NCBI GenBank assembly: GCA_965242925.1
Contig: CBDEUM010000009.1
Coordinates: 97,514 to 161,513 of the forward strand
Direction of reading: 5' to 3'
DNA from: Roseibacillus sp.
Lineage (GTDB): Bacteria; Verrucomicrobiota; Verrucomicrobiia; Verrucomicrobiales; Akkermansiaceae
Length of the DNA: 64,000 bases
Positions 26,877 through 35,319 of the stretch are shown here, piece by piece (within the stretch, counting starts at the first letter, position 1; the number at the start of each line of letters is the position of its first letter). Made by a program: the position numbers and the translations under genes. The notes below the pieces were generated by a model. The model saw only the letters and a program-made list of their open reading frames with translations, did no database searches and was not told the origin of the DNA.

Positions 26877-27599
26877 CTACTCCGGCCGCCCCCTGGGGTC
26901 AGGTTTCTCGCCCTTGATCAGCTTCACGGCCTGACGGGCAAGGCGGCGGCCGAAGAGATCGTATCCTTCCTTCGTGTAGTGAAGGTCGTTCCACTTTTTG
27001 CCGTCTCGCTCCTTGTCGTTGGTATCGTCGGTGTCGGCCCATGCACCCCGTGGGTCATCGTTAGCCACCTTGACCTGCGCATCGCGTACCGCATTCCACT
27101 GCTGGTGGGAGAGGTGGTCGCAAAGTCGCCCGATGACAAAGTTCATCCCGGGAGCTTCCAGGTCCTTGCGCAGGCTGGCAATCAGCGTCTTCATGCTCTC
27201 CTCATAGGCCGCCGCGAGACCGGTCTTGCCATCGCGCTCCCCCTGCATCCACAGGAAGGTGATGCTGTCCGGTTTTCCTTCCGCAATGCTGGCCTTCGCC
27301 TGCTTGATTACCACATCGTAGAATTCCGCAGGATCGTTGAACTGCTGGGTGAGCTTGTTGTTCCTTGCGATCTCGTCCCAGGTTTTCACCCACTTGCGAA
27401 TGGGCTGGCCTCCCTGCGCGAACTTGACGTGCTGGATGTCCGCCCCGGGCAGCAGTTTCTTCAACTCCGGCAGGACGGAAGTCTTCTCCTTGAGGCCCTG
27501 CATGTTGCTCTGGCCCGAGAGGATGAAGAGATGGCGTTCTCCGGCCTGGGCCAGGGAGGCGAGAAGGGCAGCGACAGCGAGAGAGATGGACAGTTTCAT
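26877..27599 (-). CDS. Sialate O-acetylesterase (SASA)/CE6-like SGNH esterase, secreted
   Basis: LFILSGQSNM, FLWMQGERD, FVIGRL, DLHYTKEGY. Signal peptide. Confidence 0.88.
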   Translation of the reverse strand: MKLSISLAVAALLASLAQAGERHLFILSGQSNMQGLKEKTSVLPELKKLLPGADIQHVKFAQGGQPIRKWVKTWDEIARNNKLTQQFNDPAEFYDVVIKQAKASIAEGKPDSITFLWMQGERDGKTGLAAAYEESMKTLIASLRKDLEAPGMNFVIGRLCDHLSHQQWNAVRDAQVKVANDDPRGAWADTDDTNDKERDGKKWNDLHYTKEGYDLFGRRLARQAVKLIKGEKPDPRGRPE

Positions 27600-27747
27600 C
27601 CCCCATTGGTTAGAGGTCTGGTTCGTGCTTGTCAGTGTGAATCTTCCGGTCCCGGGGAGCCAGACGCTTGCCCTGGCATGAGCTCTCCCCTAGAACTTCA
27701 TCCACCGCTGGCTGAACGCCTTCCCACCTACCCGGACTCCCGCTACC

Positions 27748-28701
27748 ATGCGCCCCTGCCCGTTCCTCCTCCCTCTCGCCCTCCTCGTTACGTCAGCCCT
27801 TCCCCTCCCTGCCGCCAAGGCCCCCGACGGGAAAATCGACCTCCTGGCCGATCCTTCCTTCAAGAACTGGGTCTTCCATCTCAGCGAGAAGAACTCCCTC
27901 AGCACCAGGCGGGAGGACGTCGCTGTGATCAGGGGTGGCATCCTCCAGGTGACCGGGAAAGGCTTCGGCTACTTCCGGACCCGGGAAGCCTACCGGGACT
28001 ACCATCTCGTCCTTGAATACAAGTGGGGCGAGAAGACGTGGTCAAAACGGGTGGATCGCGCCCGCGATTGCGGATTGCTCCTTCACAGCCATGGCCCTGA
28101 TGGATCCTTTGGCGGCGCTTGGATGTCGTGCATCCAGGCTCAGATGCTGGAAGGATCGATGGGCGACATCAACGTCCTGCAGGGAAAGACCAAGGAGGGA
28201 AAACTGATCCCCACCCGCCTGACCTGCGAGGTAGAGAAAACCCCCAAGGGTCTCCGCTGGAAGAAGGGCGGCACGCCCCTCACCTTCCCGCCCACAGGCA
28301 AGTCCGTGGCCAGTATCCGGTGGAAGGATCGCGATCCCGCCTGGAAGGACGTGAAGGGATTCCGCGGATCGCGGGATGTCGACAAGCCGGTCGGGGAGTG
28401 GAACCGCATGGAAGTCATCTGCGATGGCACATCCTACCGCATCCTGCTCAATGGAATCGTGGTGAACGCAGGCCGGGACGCTCGCCCGGCTTCCGGGTTC
28501 ATCGGCATTCAGAACGAGTGGGCGGAGTGTTTCATCCGTCGCCTTGAACTCTGGCCCGTTGGCGGCTTCAAGGAAGAAACGGGCAAGTTGTCCGCGCCCC
28601 TGCCCCGCTACAAATGGTCCCCGCCAGACAGGCCTCTCGCCGCCTTCCTCCGGAAACCCTTCACCATATTTCCCCGGGACGGATACCTCACGGGCCTGTA
28701 G
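27748..28701 (+). CDS. DUF1080 (3-keto-disaccharide hydrolase-like) protein, secreted
   Basis: [58 protein letters not shown]. Confidence 0.88.
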   Translation: MRPCPFLLPLALLVTSALPLPAAKAPDGKIDLLADPSFKNWVFHLSEKNSLSTRREDVAVIRGGILQVTGKGFGYFRTREAYRDYHLVLEYKWGEKTWSKRVDRARDCGLLLHSHGPDGSFGGAWMSCIQAQMLEGSMGDINVLQGKTKEGKLIPTRLTCEVEKTPKGLRWKKGGTPLTFPPTGKSVASIRWKDRDPAWKDVKGFRGSRDVDKPVGEWNRMEVICDGTSYRILLNGIVVNAGRDARPASGFIGIQNEWAECFIRRLELWPVGGFKEETGKLSAPLPRYKWSPPDRPLAAFLRKPFTIFPRDGYLTGL

Positions 28702-28735
28702 CGCTTCGAAATTCCATCCCGTTTCATCCCGGCAG

Positions 28736-29764
28736 ATGTCTCCCCGGAAGACCATCGAGATCGTCAACTGCCACGCAGAGGGAGAAGTGGGTGATGTGAT
28801 CGTGGCCGGCGTCAACCCGCCTCCGGGCGAAACGTTATGGGAACAACGCACCTTTCTTGAGGAAGACGAATCGCTCCGGAACTTCGTCCTCAACGAACCG
28901 CGGGGCGGGGTCTTCCGCCACGTCAATCTCCTCGTCCCGGCCGTGGACCCCGGAGCTGACATGGGATTCCTCATCATGGAGCCCGCCGACACCCCTCCCA
29001 TGTCGGGTTCAAATTCCATCTGCGTCGCCACCGTCCTCCTGGAGCAGGGGATCCTGCCCATGACTGAACCGGAGACCCGGCTTATCCTTGAGGCCCCGGG
29101 GGGCCTGATCGAAGTGCGCGCCCAATGCCGGCACGGCAGGGCTGAACGCATCACCATCACCAATGTGCCCTCCTTTGCCGCCCGGCTGGAAGCGCCCCTC
29201 GAAATCGAGGGACTCTCCACCCTCAGGGTGGATACCGCCTACGGTGGAGACAGTTTTGTGATCGTTGACGCCCATGCCCTCGGTTTCGAGCTCGTCGCCG
29301 GTGAGGCCAGGGAGCTCACCGAACTGGGAATGAGAATCGTAGACGCTGCCAACGAGCAACTCGGGTTCGTCCACCCCGTAAACCAAGAATGGAAACACCT
29401 CTCCTTCTGCCAGTTCGCTGGTCCCCTCGAGCGCGAGGGCAAGATCCTCACCGGTCCAAACGCGGTCGCCATTCGTCCCGGTAAGATTGACCGTTGCCCC
29501 ACCGGGACAGGCTGCTCGGCACGCATGGCGGTCCTTCACCGGAAGGGCATCATGAGCACTGACGACACCTACCGTGCTCGCTCCCTGATCGGATCGGAAT
29601 TCCTCTGCGGGATCGATTCCGTCACCATCGCAGGCAACATTCCGGCCATTCATCCGAGGATTTCGGGCCGGGCCTGGATTACCGGCACTACGCAGCACAC
29701 CCTGCACCCAGACGATCCCTGGCCCACGGGCTACCGGCTTTCCGACACGTGGCCGGGGGCCTGA
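28736..29764 (+). CDS. Proline racemase family protein with Ser/Thr dyad (probable trans-3-hydroxy-L-proline dehydratase type)
   Basis: [25 protein letters not shown] (in place of MCGH), [15 protein letters not shown] (in place of DRSPCGTG), ISGRAWITG. Confidence 0.88.
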   Translation: MSPRKTIEIVNCHAEGEVGDVIVAGVNPPPGETLWEQRTFLEEDESLRNFVLNEPRGGVFRHVNLLVPAVDPGADMGFLIMEPADTPPMSGSNSICVATVLLEQGILPMTEPETRLILEAPGGLIEVRAQCRHGRAERITITNVPSFAARLEAPLEIEGLSTLRVDTAYGGDSFVIVDAHALGFELVAGEARELTELGMRIVDAANEQLGFVHPVNQEWKHLSFCQFAGPLEREGKILTGPNAVAIRPGKIDRCPTGTGCSARMAVLHRKGIMSTDDTYRARSLIGSEFLCGIDSVTIAGNIPAIHPRISGRAWITGTTQHTLHPDDPWPTGYRLSDTWPGA

Positions 29765-29801
29765 GAAGGGTACTCCTCCCCCAGCACCCCGTATCCATGC
29801 C

Positions 29802-30986
29802 TCACTCTGTTCCACCCGGACGGACCCGGGGCCGCTGCGGCGGCTGGCCCGGTCGGCGCTCGCCCCGGGGCGGTCCACGACGCCCGGATGGGGGGCCGCG
29901 ACGCTCGCCCGCTCCCGGACCGGCCCCACGACCTCCACGGTGATCGATCACGCCATCCGCATCACGGTCTTCCCCATAGGGCACCCCGTTCTCAAAGTAG
30001 ACCCTCTCCCGACGACCCTCTGCGACGTGCTCACGGTAGATCTTGCGTTTTTCCGTCCTGGCAAAGGAGGTGTTGGCCCTGAGGAGGGCGGACTTCAGCT
30101 CTTCGAGGTCAGATTCCAGGGGCAGCTCTTCCATCACATTCCCGGTCTGTCCGAACGTATCCGCCTTGATCACAAAAAATCCTGTCTTGCCGCGCTCACC
30201 CTTCACCACCTCACGCCACTTGGCATCCGGCTCATTTTCCGCAAAGTCGGCATGAAACTTCCCCACGATTTCCCCGTCACTCATCAGGGGCCGCAGACTC
30301 GTGCGTAACTTCTCACGGTCGTCTTCCGGCGCCACCACATAGAGCAACAGGCGCTGATCACCCGAGGCCACGTTCAGTCCCTGCCGGAAGCTGTGAAAAT
30401 CCTGTAACACTGCCCCCTCTTTTGAACCCCTGGGACGATAGTTCCTGGAGATCTCCTTCAGCGCATCGACCACCCCCTCGTGCCCGCTCCCCGACCCCGG
30501 TTCGGTCCGCGATTCCCGCGGCCCTGGCGCAGTCCCTGGGCGGGGCTGCGACCCGTTCCGGACAAGCGGGTCTCTCCATCCGGGGCGAGAAGGCAGAAGG
30601 CGGTATTCTCAAAACGCCCGTTCAGGAAAGACCGTACCATTTTCTGGTGTTCCTCGCTCTCATAGGACTCAAGCCGAACGCACACGAACTCCCGGGAGGC
30701 TTCAATGAATTCCTTCTGCGCGAACAAACTGTTCTGCGTATTGGTGTAGCCCGGTCAGAACACGCCCGAAATCCCGCTACAGGTCGCCGCCGCGGCCATG
30801 AAGAAAATTGGACGATTGGACCGCCTGGCCTCATCCAGAGCAGTCTGCCCAGGTCGTGTACCAGGCGACTCCGGATTCGCCGACCGGCTGGGGGCTGGCT
30901 CCGAGGTCATCGGGACGGGGTCCTCCCTGGCCAAGGAGGATTCCTCCGGACAAGCAGGTGATAAGAAGGGTGCCCAGGGCTTTCAT
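29802..30986 (-). CDS. Exported thioredoxin-like protein with in-frame TGA (candidate selenoprotein, ~394 aa); two apparent single-base indels
   Basis: Joining the pieces across indels near 30849 and 30482 gives signal peptide + VAWYTTWQTALDEARRSNRPIFFMAAAATCSGISGVF-(TGA 30757-30755)-PGYTNTQNSLFAQKEFIEASREFVCVRL..., a thioredoxin-fold pattern. Confidence 0.72.
30719..30757 (-). promoter_or_regulatory. Putative bacterial SECIS element
   Basis: 16 nt after the TGA lies the hairpin CGC-A-GAACA-GTT-TGTTC-GCG (30738-30719). The apical loop starts with G, 25 nt after the UGA. Confidence 0.6.
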
Positions 30987-31119
30987 GGGAGAATAAACGA
31001 TTAAGACCCCGATAAGTTGCGCCGGAGGCCGCTGGGGAACATGAACGACCCCCCTGAGAAAATGCTGGTGGCAGTTTCCCCTTGAACTCGGGGCTTTGCA
31101 ACGCCTGACTGCGATACTC

Positions 31120-32466
31120 ATGGAAGCACAACACCCGTCCGCCCAGTCATCACGACGGCGTTTTCTCCAGGGAGCGGCCGCTACTGGCGCCCTTGGATTT
31201 CCCGCCATCGTCAACGCCAAATCTCCTAATTCGAAGCTCGATGTTGCCGTCATCGGCTGCGGCGGGCGCGGTGGCCACAACATGCGTACGGTGGGTAACA
31301 CCGAGAACATCGTGGCACTGGTTGACGTCAATGACCGCAACCTGCGGGGAGCTGCTTCCCGCTTTCCCAAGGCGGCAACCTACCATGACTTTCGCAAGTT
31401 CTACGAGAAGCCCGGCAACTACGATGCGGTGGTGGTGAGCACTACCGAGCATACGCACGCCTTTGCCGCCCTGCCTGCCCTGCGCGAGAAGAAGCATGTC
31501 TACTGCGAAAAGCCGATCAGCCGCGATGTCTACGAAGCGCGCCTGATCACCGAGACCGCCCGCAAGGCCGGGGTGGCCACCCAGCAGGGAACCCAGATCC
31601 ATGCCGGAGGCAACTACCGCCGCGTGGTGGAACTGATCCAGGCCGGCGCCATCGGCAAGGTCAACGAGGTGCATGTCTGGGTCGGCCGAGCCTGGGGATG
31701 GCAGAGCCCCGGGGATGCCAAGAAGTATGGCGACATTGTCAATGTGCAGGATCGTCCCAAGGAGGCGCAGCCCGTGCCCAAGGACCTCAACTGGGATCTC
31801 TGGATCGGGCCAGCCCCGATGCGGCCATACCACTCCGTCTACTTCCCGGGACCGAAGTGGTACCGCTGGTGGGACTTCGGCAATGGCACGATGTCCGACC
31901 TGGGCAGCCACTGGAACGACCTTCCCTTCTGGGCTCTGAATCTCGACGCCCCCACATCCATAGACGCCGGAGGACCGGATCCACACCCTGAAATCGCACC
32001 TGCCTCAATGTGGGCCCGCTACGAGTACGCTGCGCGGGGCGACCGTGGGCCGCTCAGCCTGACCTGGTACCAGGGGGTGGAAAAACCGGAAATCTGGAAA
32101 CAAGGCGGTATCCCCAAATGGGGCAGTGGGGTTCTCTTCGTCGGCGATGGAGGCATGCTCCTCTCCGATTACGGTAAGCACCTCCTCCTCCCCGAGGACA
32201 AGTTCAAGGATTACAAGCGCCCTGAAAAGACCATTGCGGAATCCATTGGGCACCACCAGGAATGGGTCCGGGCCTGTAAGACAGGTGAGCCAACCACCTG
32301 CCACTTCGACTACGCCGGTCCCCTCACCGAGGCCAACCACCTCGGCAATGTCGCATTCCGCGCCGGTAAGAAACTGGAGTGGGACGCCAAGAACATGAAG
32401 TTTCCCAATGCCCCGGATGCGGAGAAGTTTCTCAAGCGGGACTACCGCAAAGGCTGGACGCTCTAG
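31120..32466 (+). CDS. Gfo/Idh/MocA family oxidoreductase, Tat-exported
   Basis: SRRRFLQG Tat motif, [46 protein letters not shown]. Confidence 0.94.
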   Translation: MEAQHPSAQSSRRRFLQGAAATGALGFPAIVNAKSPNSKLDVAVIGCGGRGGHNMRTVGNTENIVALVDVNDRNLRGAASRFPKAATYHDFRKFYEKPGNYDAVVVSTTEHTHAFAALPALREKKHVYCEKPISRDVYEARLITETARKAGVATQQGTQIHAGGNYRRVVELIQAGAIGKVNEVHVWVGRAWGWQSPGDAKKYGDIVNVQDRPKEAQPVPKDLNWDLWIGPAPMRPYHSVYFPGPKWYRWWDFGNGTMSDLGSHWNDLPFWALNLDAPTSIDAGGPDPHPEIAPASMWARYEYAARGDRGPLSLTWYQGVEKPEIWKQGGIPKWGSGVLFVGDGGMLLSDYGKHLLLPEDKFKDYKRPEKTIAESIGHHQEWVRACKTGEPTTCHFDYAGPLTEANHLGNVAFRAGKKLEWDAKNMKFPNAPDAEKFLKRDYRKGWTL

Positions 32467-32585
32467 GCAGGCCCCCCGCATGGCACAGGGGATATTGCCG
32501 CAAAATCAATGAATAACCCCCGGGGGGTGGGAGTCCAAGCGTCAGCAGGAACCGTTGGGAATACTGCGTTTTCCTGCTTCCGCGA

Positions 32586-32614
32586 TTGATTAACCCCAAG
32601 CGAACCGCTAGAAT
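32586..32614 (+). promoter_or_regulatory. Putative sigma70 promoter of the OmpA-family gene
   Basis: TTGATT (32586-32591), 17 nt, TAGAAT (32609-32614), ending 9 nt before the ATG. Confidence 0.6.
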
Positions 32615-32623
32615 TCCAGCACT

Positions 32624-33310
32624 ATGAAATCATCCTCCTCTCCTCGACCACGACTCCTCGCCGCTGCCCTCGCCGCTGCCTTCAGTCTCTCCAGTTGTGT
32701 CACCGAGAATCCCTACACGGGCGAACAACAGATCTCCAAGACAACCGCCGGGGCTCTCGGGGGTGCTGCGGGAGGAGCCCTTCTTGGGGCCGTGATCGGC
32801 AACAACGTTGGCGATGGCGATGCCGGACGCGGGGCCCTCATCGGCGCCGCCCTGGGAGGTCTTGCGGGCGGAAGTATCGGCAACTACATGGACCAGCAGG
32901 AATCCATGTTACGCCAGGAGCTGCGGGCCAGCGGCGTCAGCGTCACGCGACAGGGAAACAACATCATCCTCAACATGCCGCACGATATCACCTTCAACAC
33001 CGGGAGTTCCCGCATCAAGTCGAGCTTCTCCCGCACCCTGACCTCGGTAGGAACCGTGCTGCGTAAGTTCAACCAGACCACCGTCCTGGTGAACGGCCAT
33101 ACCGACTCCGATGGCAGCGCCTTCTACAACATGGGGCTCTCACGCGACCGAGCCAGTTCAGTTTCAAACGCCCTGGCTGGCCAGGGAGTCCACCCCTCCC
33201 GCCTGGTGGCCCGTGGCTTCGGCGAATCCCAACCCATTGCCTCGAACAATAGTGCGGCTGGCAAAGCCAAGAACCGCCGCGTCGAGATTCATATTGCACC
33301 ACGCAGCTAG
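32624..33310 (+). CDS. OmpA family lipoprotein with glycine zipper (YiaD-like)
   Basis: Lipobox LSSC, glycine zipper GALGGAAGGALLGAVIG, YMDQQE..LR, GHTDSDG..YNMGLSRDRA, GFGESQPIASN, NRRVEI. Confidence 0.94.
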   Translation: MKSSSSPRPRLLAAALAAAFSLSSCVTENPYTGEQQISKTTAGALGGAAGGALLGAVIGNNVGDGDAGRGALIGAALGGLAGGSIGNYMDQQESMLRQELRASGVSVTRQGNNIILNMPHDITFNTGSSRIKSSFSRTLTSVGTVLRKFNQTTVLVNGHTDSDGSAFYNMGLSRDRASSVSNALAGQGVHPSRLVARGFGESQPIASNNSAAGKAKNRRVEIHIAPRS

Positions 33311-33337
33311 GGTCAGGAACCCGGAGCAGCTTTGCCC

Positions 33338-33370
33338 AGGGGAACAGCGCAGGCTGTTCCCCTTTCTTAT
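33338..33370 (+). terminator. Rho-independent terminator after the OmpA gene
   Basis: 11-bp stem AGGGGAACAGC-GCAG-GCTGTTCCCCT followed by TTCTTATT. Confidence 0.75.
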
Positions 33371-33430
33371 TGCGGGAAATCCCGACCTGCCAATTTCCGG
33401 CTACCCGTCAGGCTCCAGTCTCCTCAATCA

Positions 33431-33817
33431 TCAAAAGGGAATATCATCTTCCTCCGCCTCCGGTTCTGCATCGGGGCCATCCCCGATTCCAGGAGGAGCG
33501 TCTTCGTCACCGTAACCCGGGTCAGGGCTTGCCGCCGCGCCACCTCCGGATCGCTCCAGCTTCCAGGCATTGAGATTGACGAAAAAGCGTTCCTTGTACT
33601 CGTTGCCGCGAATGTCGAAGGTCACCTTGACGGGATCGTCCACCTGCATGCCATCGGTGAGTGACGTCTTGTCCTTGACGCACTCGAACTTGATCATCTG
33701 CGGATAGTTCCCGTCCTCCACCTCCACCACGAACTCGCGCTTGGTAAAGCCACTGTTGAAACTCTGGATGTCGTATATGACCTTCAGCTTGCCCTCGATC
33801 TCGAATGATTTTCCCAT
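33431..33817 (-). CDS. DUF3127 family OB-fold protein (SSB-like)
   Basis: FEIEGKL, SGFTKREFVV, YPQMIKFE, VKVTFDIRGNEY, FFVNLNAWKL, and an acidic tail ending DDIPF. Confidence 0.9.
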   Translation of the reverse strand: MGKSFEIEGKLKVIYDIQSFNSGFTKREFVVEVEDGNYPQMIKFECVKDKTSLTDGMQVDDPVKVTFDIRGNEYKERFFVNLNAWKLERSGGGAAASPDPGYGDEDAPPGIGDGPDAEPEAEEDDIPF

Positions 33818-33974
33818 CTTTCAACTGCTGTGCTGTTCAGGTAGAGCCTCGGGCCTCTGCGCCGTTGTTTCAAGTTCAAGGTTTCAGGCTGCGGTCCACT
33901 GGAACGGACACCCCCCGAACATCTCTCCGTTCCCGGCTTGCCCGGAAGGTCAATCTGTTCACCCTGTGTTCGTC

Positions 33975-34919
33975 ATGAAGTTCGGCTGTCTGTTTCTCAT
34001 CCTCGGAATCTCCATCACCATCCTCCTCTCATCCATGGCCCTGGGGGCCAAGCCCGGAGGACCGATCTGGACGGATCCCGCCAGAGCCGCCAGGGAAGAT
34101 CCGGACTTTTCGATCCAGGGAGAGTATGTCGGCAAGGGGATCGGCGTGCAGATCGCGGCCCTGGGCAGCGGAAATTTTTATGTGAGCAGATTCAAGGGCG
34201 GTCTCCCGGGAGCTGGATGGGACAAGTCCGCACCGATGGTGGAGATTTCCGAGAAGGCGGGGGCGAAGGCTGCCCTCGAAGGATGCCAGAAGATCCATCG
34301 GCAAAGCCCCACCCTTGGGAAGAACCCGCCCAAAGGGGCCGACGTGCTCGTGGGAGAGACCATCGATCCCGCTCTGCTCAAGGGAAAGGGCGGAAAGGGA
34401 ATCCTCTCCCCGCCTGCCCAGAGCGTGAAGGATTACGGCGACTTCACCATGCACCTCGAGTTCCGCCTCCCCTACAAACCGAAATCCCCGCTGAGCAGCC
34501 AGGATCGCGGGAACAGTGGAGTCTACCTGCAGAACCGCTACGAGGTCCAGGTCCTGGACAGCTTCGGGCTGGTCTACGACCGCGCCCACGTCAAGGTGAA
34601 GATCCGCTCCGATCCAAGACAATGGTGCGGCTGCTTTTACCGCTTCAAGACTGCCGATATTCCGATGTGTCTCCCTCCTCTTGCCTGGCAGACCTATGAT
34701 ATCGATTTCACTGCTCCGCGCTTTGATGCGGAAGGGAAAAAGACAGCCGATGCCACCATAACCGTGCTCCATAATGGCGTGACGATTCACAACGCGGTCA
34801 ACCTTCCCAAGGGCACGGGTATCGGCGGCACCCGCCCGGAGGTTCCCAGGGGCCCTATCATTTTCCAGGGACACGGGAATCCCGTGGGATTCCGGAACGT
34901 CTGGATCCTTGAGAGATAG
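33975..34919 (+). CDS. DUF1080 family protein, secreted
   Basis: DPDFSIQGEY, PPKGADVL, GDFTMHLEF, RGNSGVYLQNRYEVQVLDSFG, WQTYDIDF, FQGHGNPVGFRNVW. Confidence 0.9.
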   Translation: MKFGCLFLILGISITILLSSMALGAKPGGPIWTDPARAAREDPDFSIQGEYVGKGIGVQIAALGSGNFYVSRFKGGLPGAGWDKSAPMVEISEKAGAKAALEGCQKIHRQSPTLGKNPPKGADVLVGETIDPALLKGKGGKGILSPPAQSVKDYGDFTMHLEFRLPYKPKSPLSSQDRGNSGVYLQNRYEVQVLDSFGLVYDRAHVKVKIRSDPRQWCGCFYRFKTADIPMCLPPLAWQTYDIDFTAPRFDAEGKKTADATITVLHNGVTIHNAVNLPKGTGIGGTRPEVPRGPIIFQGHGNPVGFRNVWILER

Positions 34920-35281
34920 CTTGCCGGGGTGCCAACCCGGAACAGCGGGATTCTGTCGCTGCTGTCGTTTCCCCCGGTTACCCCGATACAATGCCACGCC
35001 CCACCGAGAAGGAAAAACCCCCATCTGTACTACGGTCCACCAAGCCGCCCGGCTCAGGAAGGCTTTCCGGGGTCACCCCCTCCCGGTCGATCCCGGGGAG
35101 GATAAAGGAGCCGGGCCACCCATGCCGCCACGACAATGGGACCTGGTTCCGGCAGGAAAACAAATTGACCGAGCCGCTCTCGCATCAGGGGGAGAAGGTA
35201 AGGGGGTGCGCCGTGAAGAGAAGCGGGGTAACGGCGGGGACAGCGGAAACATCCTGCCAATTCCTGTTAGAACCGGCAAGC
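34919..35281. repeat. Structured intergenic element with imperfect terminal inverted repeats (MITE-like or ncRNA)
   Basis: GCTTGCCGG (34919-34927) pairs with CCGGCAAGC (35273-35281). GTTACCCCG (34977-34985) pairs with CGGGGTAAC (35224-35232). Internal stem GCCCGGCTC (35047-35055) / GAGCCGGGC (35108-35116). Confidence 0.45.
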
Positions 35282-35319
35282 GCATTCCTTCCCCTCCCAG
35301 CAGTAAACCGCGACAGCGA

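Noticed and set aside
30831..30833. TGA ending the ORF ...WADCSG* as a second selenocysteine codon
   Set aside because: It lies in the shifted frame created by the extra base at ~30849. That frame soon meets TAG and has no thioredoxin-like pattern.
33311..33337. GTCAGGAACCCGGAGCAGC resembles the SRP (4.5S) RNA core
   Set aside because: It lacks the GNRA-capped inner stem and the long flanking helix, and it sits between a stop codon and a terminator.
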